DNA from: Eledone cirrhosa
Taxonomy: Eukaryota
DNA: 64,000 bases
NCBI GenBank assembly: GCA_964016885.1
Contig: OZ024749.1
Location: 29,264,001 to 29,328,000 of the forward strand
Direction: 5' to 3'
Below, one piece after another: positions 35,901 through 50,600 of this stretch. The translations under genes and the position numbers were made by a program. Within the stretch, counting starts at the first letter, position 1. Each line of letters starts with the position of its first letter. The notes beneath the pieces are model-generated. The model saw only the letters and a list, made by a program, of their open reading frames with translations, made no database searches and was not told the origin of the DNA.

Positions 35901-38900
35901 CTTATTCGAAGGGGGTTCAAATTCATGTAACTTGAATTCTGAAGCAGGCTGATCCCGAGCATGTGGGGGGCGATACGCTGCAACTGGTTTCACTATAAAA
36001 ATATACAATTTTTTAAAGATATTTTAGACTGTATTGACAATGACTAAGATTATTCCATGTAATGATTTGATATTTTAAAAAATATAAATGCAACTGCAAG
36101 TACAGTTACAAACAGTATTTATGGAAAGCAACACATGACTTACATACGAGCTAACATTTTAGACATATTTGATATTTCTTAATATAAATGCAACCGCAAG
36201 CAAAGTTACAAACAGTATTTATGGAAAGCAACATCTGATTTACGTGACAGTCAAAGGATGAAATAAAAATATTATAAACCCCAAAAGTGACTTATCTACA
36301 AATATATATATATACAGTAGTTATAAAATGTAGTTTAGTTTAAACACCTGTCTGGGCTGGTAGTGAAGACCCTACTTTCTTATAGGCGATAGGTTTCACA
36401 GGAAATTTTCCTTCCATATCTGGCATCCACAATGATTCCCATAATTCTTTGCCAGATGCTATATCCAGCTCGGCCAAAATAGTGCCAGTATAATGCCATA
36501 TTTTATACCTGAAATGGAATTAAGTAAAAATTAAAAATAAAATATTGAAAGTTTTGTAGAAAGATTCAACTTTTAGAAATTACAATATTTTGAAAGAATA
36601 ATTGAGGAATATTTTATCTTTTTAATAAACAACAACAATAACAACAAACATTTTAAGGTGGGGGTGATAGACTTCATACTTATGATGGGGTCTTAGTTGA
36701 AGATATGGAATATTTCATACATACAAAAAGGAGAATAGTGACACACAGGGATATAGTGTATCTATTGTAAACTAGATACACATAAGATACAGTGTACCTA
36801 TTGTAAACCTGATACACACAGGGATATGGTGTACCTATTGTAAACCTGATACACACAGGGATATGGTGTACCTATTGTAAACCTGATACACACAGGAATA
36901 TGGTGTACCTATTGTAAACCTGATACACACAGGGATATGGTGTACCTATTGTAAACCAGATACACACAAAGATAGTGTACCTATTTTAAACTAAACACTC
37001 AGGGATATTGTGTGCTTATTGTAAACCAATCTACTACCTTTAATAATAATAATAATGGTTTCTGATTTAGGCACAAGGCCAGCAATTTGGGGAGAAGAGA
37101 AAGTCGATTAAATCGATCCCAATGCAATGCTGGTGCTTTATTTATCGACCCCATAAGGATGAAAGGCAAAACTAACCTCGGCAGTATTTGAACCTAGAAC
37201 ATAAAGGGCCACGTAACTCTATGCCACGAAGCATTTGGTCTGATGCTCTACTGATTCTGCCAATCCATATTAATAACAATGGTTTCTTATATAGGCACAA
37301 GGCCAGCAATTTGGGGGGAGAGGACAAAGTCGATTATATTGTCCCCAGTGCATTACTGGTGCTTTATTTTATCGATCCTGTAAGGATGAAAGGCGAAGTT
37401 AACCTTGGCGGGATTTGAACTCAGAAAATAAAGGGACGTAACTCTAGGTTGCAAAGCATGGCATCCGATCCTCTACTGATACTGCCAAATAACGATGATA
37501 ATAGTAATAACAATAATGTATTTACCCATTGCCAACACGAAGTCTAGGAGCCATTGTTGCTGTAATAAAGTGTACCCCATCAGGACACCAACAGAAATAA
37601 GTTGTATCCATGGCTTTAGTAGAACTGATTATTTTCTGCTGTTGAACATCCCAGAATTCCAGGTCACCTTGGAGATTACCAAATCCAGCCAGGCACAAAA
37701 GTTAAACAGTTAAGTACAAATAATTAGGGATTCTATTGTCACAGGTACCCATATGATCCCTGATGAAGTCATATGGGTACCCTCATGTTAATGTCAGCAT
37801 GGACATGTTGGATGTAAGAATGATGAGTGTGATGGTGATAGGGGAGGGAGGTGATGCTAATTATGATAATGGTGATGGGTGTGGTAGTGATGATAAAGAT
37901 GACGGTGGTATGATGTTGATTATGATGATGGTGAAAATGATAGAGGTAAAGATGATGATGGCGGTGAAGGTGATGGTGGTGGTATGGGGGATGTGATGAT
38001 GATGATGGTAGTGGTGGTATGGGGGGAATGATTATTATGATGATACTCCTAAGGCAAGCCATTACTCTGACCCCCCCCCCCCTTTATGTAAAATATAATT
38101 GAAAGAGCAAAGGATATTGTTTCCCTGAGGATTATAAAAAGCTGAGTTCCTGGCTGCTGTTCCATAGTCAAAGACTGGATCACATTTCAGGTTATAGACT
38201 GTAGCTTTGGCTGGCATAACTGGTGGTCACTGGTTAAGGAAGAAATACTACTGGCAGAACAGCAGATTATTGGAATAGATGAAAGCAGAATGTAGGAATA
38301 AATCATTGAAATATTTCAAAAGCATGTCATGAGGTTTATTAATGAGAAAGACCTAAATAATACAGTTAATACACCTACAAACTACCTGCATCAGTTGTTA
38401 GCTGTCGGGACATTGCATCCTTCAAATCATCCATGCTTCCTGAAATTTGCCAACACTACACCTGATATTCCCCCTCCATAAACACGCACACATGTATCTG
38501 TGTGTATATCATGACTCATACACAGTTCACTTTCCTAATATGTGTACATTATTCTATGTACTATTGTGAGGGTGGTGAATTGGCAGTATTGGTAGAGGGT
38601 CGGATGCCATGCTTTCTAGCATAGTTACGTCCCTTTACGATCTGAGTTCAAATCCCATTGAGGTTAACTTAGCCTTTCATCCTTATGGGGGGTCAATAAA
38701 ATAAAGTACCAGTAATGTACCGGGTATTTGTTGGCCTTCAGCCAAAAGTAGAAACAATTATTCTCTGTACTATTCATGCACCTTTGATGATTTGTAGTGC
38801 ACCTGAGCACTGTACACAATAATCTCCATTATTATTATAAGAAATGACAACAAATTTATGAGCATGTGGTTAGAATGTCTCAGGAAACAATCGCTGGACA

Positions 38901-41078
38901 GATTTTACAAGCAAAACCAACCAACAAGAGATCCAGGAGTAGACCCCAAGCAAGATGGTTGGATAACATCCATGAGCTTGGCTGGTCTCGTTTGGGGATC
39001 CAGCCAGATCAGTTGGAGACGGTTGCTTCTGACAGGACCTGCTGGGAGGGTTTGAGGACTCTGCCCCCAACAACCCTCTCAGGAATAAGTGGGAGAAGAA
39101 GAAGAACCTCAAACTGTTTGGCCACATCATACACTCAAATTGTGGTCTTTCTCTCTCTAAAATCTGTTTTTTGGGGGAGCAGGTATGATTCTAGGACAAA
39201 TAAACTAAGGACATCCCCAATGGTAGAGAGAGAGACCAGATCCTAAGATGGTCTCAATGGAAGAAATATGTTAATGATGTTTTATATAAAGTTCTTTTGT
39301 CACAACCTGTGACATTATCAATGGCTTTGTGGTTCTCATGCACATCCCCATCACCAGCAATTACACTCCATCTTCATTGTCTGTTTCTCAGAGCCAAAAC
39401 CAAAGTGAAATACAACCAGAATGTGTGTGTGTGTGTTTATTAGCTGTGTGTGTGCTTATTGGCAGTGTAACTAAAATACCACAATATCTGTTTCAACACC
39501 ATATCTTTCAAATTAAAGAAAGAACCTTACAAAACAAATACAAAAACATTATTTAGAAGAATGCAGAGAAAGGATACAGCCATAAACCACACAGAACTGG
39601 GTAGAATTGGGATGCCATTCTACACAATATACAGGACCATCTTTGGCTGAAAGTAAAATAATTTATATAAGTTTACTCAAATATCAGAAACAATAAAATA
39701 TCAAAGATCTATACTTTAATGGTTTGTTCCCACTCAGGAAAGAATAGCTGGACAGATTTTACAGCCAAAACTAACTGGCAGGAGACCCAGGGCTAGAAAC
39801 CCAAGCAAGATAGTTGGATAATATCCATGGGCTCATCTGGTCTCGCTTAGGGATACAGTTGGATTAGTTGGAGATAGTTGCTTCTGACAGGACCCACACT
39901 GAAAAGAGTGTTTAAGGACTCTGCCCCTCAAGAATAAGTGGGTGAAGAAGAAAAAGATTTATGCTTCATTCATCACCATTACTCCAGCTCCCATTATTAT
40001 AATTGTCAAATTTTAAACCTTTTCATGTTGGCAGTTATATCATCATCATCATTTTATGTCCCCCTTTTCCATGCTAGCATGGGTTAGACAGGTATTTTCC
40101 AGCACAACATTCCCCTGTTTGTTGTGTTCCTTTATCATCTCTGTTCGCTTCAGCAAGCAAAGATCATTTCTCATCACCTTTGCCCAAGTCTTCCTCTACT
40201 ACAACTACCTTCCACTAGGATTTCTTGGAAGGTTAACCATTTCAATTACCACCTTTCTAATAAAATACACTGTATTTTAATTAATTAATGAAGAATTTTG
40301 AGGGATTTACTAAAATTATTAATTATTTCTTTACTAAGATATTAATTTAATGTAAAGTTATTATATAAAATTATGTTGGAAAATCTTAATTTGAATTGGA
40401 AATTTTTAAAATGGGTGGTTTTATTTCATAGAACTAGAGCCGGTTTAGTAACTAAAGGGTTAAATAAACAAGATAAAGACATTAAATGATGATGATAGAC
40501 ATTCAAAAGAATTTAGGAAGAAATTCTAGAAAAAATAGTTTTGTATCATAAAGCCAGGGATGGTGTCAAGTAATTTTGTATCTTAAGTGTTAGTTAACCT
40601 TTGAAAAAGATTATATAATCAATGCAAATATTTACCTCTGGGCACAAGGCAACCTTCACCTTTTATGCTAAGGTAATGAAGCCCTGTCTCACCATAGTAA
40701 GACTTATCTGATGTTTCAGTCGATGTAATTACAAGCAAACCAGTACCTGTGGGCAAAAGTAGAAGAGAAAGAAATGAATAGATTATTGGAGTTTTCCTAC
40801 TATATCTAGCATTAAACTAATATATTTTTTCATTATACTGAATTGTTTGCTTTGTTGTTTGTTTTTTTTGCATATATGAGGGTTGGCTGAATAGTTCATA
40901 GGTTGACTATGAAGGAGTGATACTAGAGCAGTGAAATCTTGCATGCATTAATTTCAACTCTTATTAATAATTGCATTATTTATTTCTGGTGACTATGTTG
41001 AAAAATAAACTTCATTAAGTCATTCCATGAGAGTATCTTCGTCAGCCTATAAACTTTTCAGCTGACTCTTGTATGTAT

Positions 41079-41123
<45 letters not shown>

Positions 41124-44100
41124 AGAGTCAGCTGAAAAGTATATATATAGTGTTGGTATCTTTAAGAAGCAGAATGTTAATAATATGAACAATAATAATT
41201 GTTTCTACTTTAGGCACAAGGCCAGCAATTACCCAGTGCATTACTGGTACTTTATTCTATCGACCCCGGAAGGATGAAAGGCAAAGTTAACCTCGGTGAG
41301 ATTTGAACTCAGATCATACAGGGAGGTAACTCTATGCTTCAAAGCATGGCATCCGACCCTCTACCGATACTGCCAATCCACCGCCTTGACAATAATAATG
41401 ATATATATGTATGTATTATGTGTGTGTATATTATATATATATATGTATACTTACCAGCTTTATTCCAATACATTGTTGTTTTATCAGCTTTAAAAAAGCT
41501 TTTATTTGCCAGGGGGCATCCATTAAAGTTGGGATATTTGAAAATTCGAACATTTGATGGTTGGCCCTGGAAATATAAGAATGTTTGAGGAATTTGTACT
41601 TTACAAACAACAAACCTTTTAACTACCTAAATACACTACCACCACTACTACTACTACTACTAACACTACTACTGCAACAACTATCATCATCACAAGTAAT
41701 ACAACCACCAACACTACCACTACCACCCTCACTTCTACTACAACCACCAACACCTACCATAGCCACCACTACCATAACTTCTACTACAACCAAAACTACA
41801 ACTACTACTAAAGAACTATTTCAAAATAAAATCTCACCTGTCCACCCCCAGTCACCACCACCCACAATATCAAACATAACATAACATAAGAAGATCCTAA
41901 AACTTACCTTACTGCCAGGAATATAAATAGCAACATGGTCACTCTTAGAAAAGCCATATTCAGAGATTTTGGCAGCATGAAGACGTGTCTTTGGTGAATC
42001 TGGAAGAAATTCAATATATATAAAATTATTCCTATACTTTTTCAATATTTAAATATTATTTTGTTTTTGTTTTTGTTTGAAATTGAAAAAAAAAAAAAAA
42101 AAAAAAAGAAAACCCCTGGAATTTGGGGCTCATATCTCTACAGGTTTAGATTGGCCTGCTACGAGACTTCTTTCATGGCTTCCAACCACTTTACAGCATG
42201 TACTGGGAGCTTTTTTCATGGCACCAGCACTACCACTATACAGCATGTACTGGAAGCTTTTTTTGTGGCACCAGAACTACCACAATACAGCATGTACTGG
42301 GAGCTTTTTTTTGTGGTACCAGCACTACCATCTAAGAGAGTGGATTGAGTGCTTTATGTCATGGCACCAGCACTACCACTTTACAGCACGTACTGGGAGC
42401 TTTTTTCATGACTGCAGCGCTACCACTATACACCATGTACAGGGAGCTTTTTGACATAACACCAGCACTACCACTATACACAGTGAACAAGGTTCTTTTT
42501 TCGTGGCACCAGCACTATCACTATACAAAGTGAATTGAGTGCTTTTTGTCCTGGCACCAGGACTACCACCTTACAGGGTTACTTAGCTGATTTTTCTCAA
42601 CTATTATTATACTCATTTGCATTAGGACACACACATTTCGAATTTCAATAACAACAACAATAATAATAATTGTAAACAAACCAAAGTTTCCATTTTCATA
42701 AAATTCCACATCGTTGTTATGGAGACGAACCATTAGTTTGTCATCTGGGGTCCAACTAGGTTTCCTTGAAAGAGAAAATAAGATAAGGTTTTCAATAGAT
42801 TTTCTTTACAATCAATTGACAAGATCCCAGACCTCATTTGCTTACTGAGTGTGGTGGACCTCGTCAAATTGGACCAAGGGAACAATGTTTCCATTGGTCT
42901 TTCTATTGTTAATACTATCTAGAGTGGACCTTGTCAAATTGGATCAAGGAAACAATATTTCTATTGGTCTTTCTATTGCTAATACTATCTACTGGTCACA
43001 ACATAAAATAAAATATCTTGCTCAAGGACATAATGCACCCCCCCCCCCCCCCCACCCCACACACACACTTTACAGAGTATATTAGATGCATTACTTCTTG
43101 ATAGAAATTTTTATGGAAAATTTTTAATTTAAATATGTATATTTTAAAAGTGGCTTTTTTATATCATATTTGAAAAGTGGGAGGGGGGGAGGGACGTAGT
43201 TAGAAAAGGGTTTTGTATCATAGAAAGAGAGAGGAAATATTTAGAAAAGGGTTAAAACTTACCAATCAGACATCCTTTTGTGGAAGAATCCTTTCAATAG
43301 TTTACCTGTAGCGGTTTCCCAAATGCAGAGGTTAGGAACATCTTTCTTTTGACCTAGGAAAGAAAATTAGTTCTATATATAACAATTATTTCTGATTTAG
43401 GCATAAGGCCAACAAATTAGGGAGATGGGAAGGTCGATTAAATCAATACTAGTGCATTACTGGCACTTTATTTCATCAATCCCGTAAGGATGGAAGGAAA
43501 AGGTAATCTTGGCAGGATTTGAACTCAGAATGTTAAGGAACGTAACTATATGCTACAAAGCATTTTTTCTGACACTCTATCGATACTGCCAATTCCTCAA
43601 TAAGAATCTTTATTGTACATAAATATCGTCATCATCATCATCATTTAACATCTATTTTCCACGCTAGCATGGGTTAGACGGGAATTGTCCCACTTGAGGC
43701 AAGATTGGTCGGGTGACCATATATATATATATATATTTTGAGTTTATGTTGGTTGTATACCAACACCTCAGTATGCAGGCTGGAGCACTCGACGAAGTGC
43801 GCAGGTTGGTTTGGTTACTCCGGAGTAGTGTAAAATAAAGTTAAATAAAAGTCAAATGATTAAAATTTAGCTTCGTTTATTACTGCTATATATATTTCAG
43901 TGACAGCCATCTTTGGCTGTGACCTCTTCAGGCAGTTTGAATTAGTATGGTATAGACAAGTACATATGTTGTTTAGGTGTATAATATTGTCAATACTCTG
44001 ATATGACCAGTTCCTTGTTGGGTTGTTAATTCACTGAGGAACTGGAGTCATATCCATATGACTCCAGTTCCCCAGTGAATTAACAACCCAATAAGGAACT

Positions 44101-44600
44101 GGGCATATCAGAGTATTGACAATATTATACACCTAAACAACATATGTACTTGTCTATACCATACTAATTCAAACTGCCTGAAGAGGTCACAGCCAAAGAT
44201 GGCTGTCACTGAAATATATATAGCAGTAATAAACGAAGCTAAATTTTAATCATTTGACTTTTATTTAACTTTATTTTATATATATATATATATACATATA
44301 TATGTGTATGTATACATATTTATATGTACATACAAGGGTATGCTGAAAAATTCATAGGCTGATTATGAATGAGTGATGCTAGAGCTGTGAAATCTTGCAT
44401 GCATTATTTCAACTCTTATTAATAACTGTATTACTTCTTTCCAGAGACTATGTTAAAAACGTAACCTCATTTGGTCATCCCACGAGAGTATCTTGGTCAG
44501 CTTATGAACATTTCAGCCGAACCTCGTATATATACAGGGTCCCAAAAAATGTATACACACTTCAGCATTCTAATATATGTATATATTTCTGTGGGACACC

Positions 44601-44644
<44 letters not shown>

Positions 44645-47600
44645 AACATCATCATCATCGTTTAATGTACATCTTCCACACTAGCATGGGTTGGACAGTA
44701 TATATATACATATATATACATCATCATTTCATTTTACGTCCACTTTTCCCTGCTTGCAAGGGTGGGACGGGAACTGATTCTGGCTTGATTTCTACAGCTG
44801 GATGCCCTTCCTAACACCAACCTCATTTACAGTGAGTGCTGGGTGCTTTTTTTCCGTGGTACCTCCACGACCACTTTGCAGTGGAATGATAGGGACCCCA
44901 GTCCCTATCATCTCATTTCTACAGCTGAGTAAACTGGAGCAATGTGAAATAAAGTGTCTTGCTCAAGGAAACAACACATCACCCGGTCTGAGAATTGAAC
45001 TCACAACCTTTCGATTGCAAGCCCAATGCTCTAACCACTAAGCCATGTGCCTCCATACATGTGCATACATACATGTATATATAAATGTAGCTGTATAGAG
45101 CAATGTGTACTTACTGGATATATCGGCAGATATAAGATATGTTCCAAGTGGTGAAAATGAAAGGCCAGATATTTTAGATTTCTCAATTGTGATGACCTTC
45201 TTATAACCACTGGTCTTCATGACAGTGATGCTGAAATAGTAAAATACCATTATTAGAATTACAACTACATAACCAATGGTGAGATAGAGACATCGTTGAT
45301 AGAGAATTCCTGCTTCTGGTATGAATGAAAGTATTTTAGAAACCCCATCATGGATTGTGGAGAGACTTTGTCAGGAATGTTTGACCATGGTCACAATGAT
45401 GTGAACACTTTAAAACAAAGTTTCTCTTCATAACACCAGGGGTAGCTTCAGACAGTTTGATAACAAAAAAGGTTAAGATTTAACTGTTTTAATGCGATGA
45501 CATTAATACTTTCATAAAAGTCATAGAAATCACTAAAATAAAGTGAAATAAACGAAATTCCTGGCAGGAAACTTCTATAAACAATGTCTGTCAACTGTCT
45601 CATGTGATTCACAACATTAATGATTTGTGAGGAAGTCACTCGACTTTCAAGAAGACAGCTAGATTTAAAACCCTGATATATCATCTCTGTAATGTTTTTG
45701 GTTACATGATCATGGCTGATATATACTGGAGACACATACTAAATGAATCATCATCATCATCATTGTTTAACGTCCATTTTCCACATTAACATGGATTAGA
45801 CGTTCTGTCTCGTTGTAAGACAAGCCAGGTCAGAGGACCATGTTTTGTTCACCCAGAACTGATTTTGGCTTGGTTTCTATGCCCTTAACCCTTTAACATT
45901 TAAACCGGCCGTATCTGGCCAGAATTCTCTCACTTCTTTCTGTTCAAACTGGCTGCTTGTACTTATGTTAAGGTATTGTTCTCAAAATAAATAATATCAA
46001 AATCTCATAGATTCGATATTGTGAGGTAAAGCCTTTTCAGTGAAAATGTAATAGTATATAGAGAGTAATGTAAATACTAAAGGGTTAATATCTATATTGG
46101 CTAAAACTATCAAGGTGGTCAATAGGCTGTCTAATACAATAAGATGACAGGAATTCATCTAAAGCAAAGTAACATCTGAATTCTTACCCTTCTTCATCGC
46201 ACGAGGCAAAATACTGGCCATTCAAAGAGAAGGCCATGGCACGACATTCCGAGTTTCCATCCCTTGAAGAAAGAAAATAAGAATATATTGATGAAGGTAA
46301 AACTTAACTGTTTCCTTACCAAATATCTTTCAGCACATTCTTGTATGAACACTAATGATTTTGAATTAATTTTGAAAATAACCAAGAATGAAGGTATTTA
46401 GTAATATAACTAACTTTCTCAATATTAAGTTGGTGTTTGGAACATAACTTAATGAAAGTGTTTATATAAAAATTATGTTGGAAGGTTTTTAGATAAATAT
46501 ATATACTTTAAAACAAAGAGTTTTGTATCATAGTACCAGAGTTATTTGGAACATAAAGGTTCTTTCATAAAATTATGATTGAAGCTCTTTAGATTAATAT
46601 AAATACATTAAAACAAATGGTTTTGTATTGAAGAACAAAGAGTAGTTTGGTATCAAAAGGTTTTAACTCTTTCATTACCAACTGAGCCAAAACCAGCCTT
46701 GGTCATATGAAACAAAATTATCCATTTGAAAAGAGTCGTATGTTAAATATAATTTTCCAACATAATTTTATATAAGAACCATAAGTTAAATTAGTAATGA
46801 AATAATTAATAATTTTAATATATATCCTTAAAATTCTTCACTAATTAATTAAAATAGAGTGCATTTCATTAGAAAACAAATTTTCTAACAATGGCAAAAT
46901 TATTTGAACAGTGGAGGAGATGCCTTGCAATATTTATTCCAGTCTTGATGATCTGAGGATATTGTTCCCTCTCCTCCTCCCCTTCCTAGTCTTGGAGACC
47001 CAAGAAAAGGGCCATCAGTATTGCTCTTTCTTCACTGACTAAAGAGTAAAACAAAAAATATCTTCAGCAAGCCAAACCCTTAACCCTTTTGGTTCTATGA
47101 AAGAAAACCACCCATTTCAAACAATTCCCATATAAATTTATATCTTCCAACATGATATTATACAAGAACCATATTTTAAGTTAATATATTAGGAATGAAA
47201 TAATTAATCATTTGAGTAAACCTTTCAAAATTCTGCATTAACTAATTGAAACGGAGTATACCTCATTATAATTACAGTAACGGAAGGATTTATCTCACAT
47301 ATATTAGGATCCTTGTAAAATATTTTACATACAAAGATTACTTGTACACTATAATTAGCATATAATAATGGTTTCTGCTTTAGGCAAATGCCACAAATGT
47401 TTTGGGGGGAGGGGAAAGTCGATTAAATCGACCCCAGTGCATGACTGGTACTTTATTTTATTGATCCTGAAAGGATGAAAAGCAAAGCCGACTTCGGTTA
47501 CATTTCACCTTAGAATGTAAAGAGCTGGAAACAAATACTACCTAACATTTTATCCAACACTTTAATGATTCTAGCAACCCACTGCTCTAAATGTGCAATA

Positions 47601-50600
47601 AAAATAGTATGGCATGGTCCTGTAAGTTCTGATGGAGTCGTAGGCACACCATAGTGGCATACAGCATTTCTTGGGCACTTAAGCCTGACAGAAGAACCAA
47701 TCCCTCTCCAGGTCAATAAAAAATGAGAACAGTTAAATGAAAAGGAAAAGTAAATATAATAAATATAAACTTGCCCTCGAAATACTTCTTTAGATTTGTT
47801 TGGAGCACCTTGAAGGACCCAAACTCCATCTGTACCACGCACTGGAAACATAAAAAATTCATTTATGAAGTAAAAGGTCAATAATTTTTTTTTTAAAGCC
47901 AGTACAATGCGGTAGGAAAATACAAAGGGCAAATGACAAATGAAACAAAACAATTTGAAGTAATTTTTTTTTTACACAGTATATTTCAGGGTTATTATCT
48001 TTTCAAACGTGGGACTGAAACAGTTCAAGACAAAACCATTAGAAAACTCTGAAAATGAAGTAGTGTAGTATTAACTACACTACTCTATTTTCATTTATGA
48101 AGTCTTTCTAAATTTATTGTTGTTTAAAGACACTAGATTAACCCTTTAGCATTTAAACTGGCTGTATTTGGCCATAATTCTCTCACCTCATTCTGTTCAA
48201 ACCAGCCACAACTGGCTGCTCATAACGATGTTAAGGTATTATTCTCAAAATCAATAACATCATCAAAATCTCGTAGCTTTGATATTATGTGAGATAATAC
48301 AATAGTAAATATAGACTAATGAAAATGCTAATAGGTTAAAGACATTAGATTAACTTATAAAGATGAAAACTGAAGGAAGGATGATTCCAAGTGGTTAATG
48401 GGCTGGTTTCATGATGATAAGGTTGTGGGTTTGATCCCTAGATAAGGCGGGATGTTGTGTCCTTGAAAAAGGTTCTTCATTTCATACTTCCACAGTTCAC
48501 TCAGGTGAGAGAGAAAGAAATGAATACCAACAACAATCTTTCCAAGTGAAAGTATTTACTATCAGCAAATCCAGGGCCTTCTCACTCCCGTTGAAGGAAC
48601 CTCTTCCTGGTTGACCTTGACTGCTGTTTCCTATCTCTGGCTATACAGGGCCATGTAAGGCAAAGATATCAGGTCAGATCATCGCGCCATCTGGTTCTTC
48701 TTCACTGTTTTGGTGTCCACACTGTTGCTCTAACAGTCTACCTATTGTCCCTGAAACAAGAGATCTAGCCAACCCATTTATGTTTGCCCTTCTTGGTGGT
48801 CTTGATTATGTCCTTTACTCCAGTCAGCTGTCAAATCCAGGTGTTGCTCTTGTTGTCACGTAAGGTGATGCCGAGCATGATTTGCTCCATTTTACATTGG
48901 GCCACTGCAGTGATCTTCTTTAGTGTCTATGTCTCACTTCCATAAGTCATTACCAGCAGAACATATTTATTAACCCTTTAGCATTTACATTACTCTATAT
49001 ATATTATTGTATTTTTGTGGTAAAGGCTTTATCTCACATAATTATCTCGCACAATATCGAATCTATGACATTTTGATATTATTTATTTTGAGAACAATAC
49101 CTTAATGTCAGTATGAGCAGCTGGTTATGACCAATTTGAACAGAAAGAGGTAAGAGAATTCTGGCCGGTTTAAATGCTAAAGGGTTAAACAATTATATCC
49201 CATATATCCTTCCATACTTGTCTGTCAATCCACGGGGACTCAGTATTTGTCAGTTGCTCCAAATATGATCCATGTTAATGCTAGGACACTGGTCTTTATC
49301 TGTGAGTATCATAGTTTTAGAATAGACTCACTGTGTATCACCACATGTTGTTGGAGGTGACTAAAATGAGGGGGTAGGGTGGGTGTGAAAGGAAGGACAA
49401 CTGGCTGTAAAACATTGCCTTAAAAACACCTGTCCAATACATAACAGTTTGGAAAAGTGGGGCATAGTCAACAATAGATCTCAAATGAAGAAAATGAAAA
49501 TACCCAGTCAAATCCACAGAGATTCATCGAGTATCATCATCATCATCGTTTAACATCCATCTTCCATGCTAGCATGGGTTAGACGGTTTTGTTCCATTTG
49601 ATGCAGGAATGGTCGGGAGACCATGTCTCGCTCATACGGAAATGTCTCTGGCAGGTTATTTTACAGCTGGATGCCCTTCCTAACACCAACCACATTTACA
49701 GTGTGGACTAGGAGCCTTTTACCATGTCTCCTACACAACACCTTACAGTGTGGACTGTTGTGTCATCGACACAGTGGACAGAACGGAAAAGAGAGAATGG
49801 GGTGTGGGTGGGGTGTACATTGGGTATATATACTTGATGAATATGTGGATCTGACTGGATATTTTCATTTTGTGAAGGCGCATGGCTGAGTGGTTAGAGA
49901 ATTGGATTCACAATCGTGAGGTTGTGAGTTCGATTCCTAGACCAGGCGATGCGTTGTAACTTTGAGCATGACACTTTATTTCACGTTGCTCCTTCTACTT
50001 GGAGTTGCAACTGATAGATAGTATTAGCAATTGGAAAGACCAATGGAAATATAGTTTCCTCGGTCCGATTTGAAGAAAGTCAATCGACTGTCGATATACA
50101 TATATATATATACAGGGTGTCCCCAAAAATGTATGCACACTTTGATTACCTGTACAGGCAATATTTATTAGAATGCTGAAGTATGTATACATTTTTTGGG
50201 GGACACCCTGTAATTATATATATGTATTAAAAACAACACGAGGTTTCTCATTAAGGCTTTTATTGATTCTACACAGTTACGGCCGTTTCATAGATGGGTG
50301 GTTCAGGGTCCATGTTATTATAGACCAGACTCCAACCCAATCTGTTCATCAGACTTGTTAATCAAGAAAAACCAAAACCTCATATATATATATACACACG
50401 TTGGGGTTAGGATGAGAGCAAAGGTTACGGTTAGAGTCGGTTCATGTGTGTTTATGTATGAATATGGTCGGAAAATGTGCAATAAATCCAGTGAATTGGA
50501 CGAGATATTTTCGTTTTCTTCAAACCAGATCTATTGTCCGTGATACTCGAGAAATGGACGTAAAAACAAAGCTTTAGCCATTACATAATTAAATACACAT

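Larger units (their letters stand above)
43831..44278. repeat. 448-bp near-perfect palindrome (two 223-bp arms, 2-nt centre), PLE/retrozyme-like, in eIF2A intron 4
   Basis: Arms are reverse complements with 3 mismatches seen; centre at 44054-44055. Confidence 0.95.

Noticed and set aside
49880-49955. tRNA-like sequences (also at 5275, 22730, 44985)
   Set aside because: They are SINE heads that run into the SINE core and lack a complete cloverleaf.
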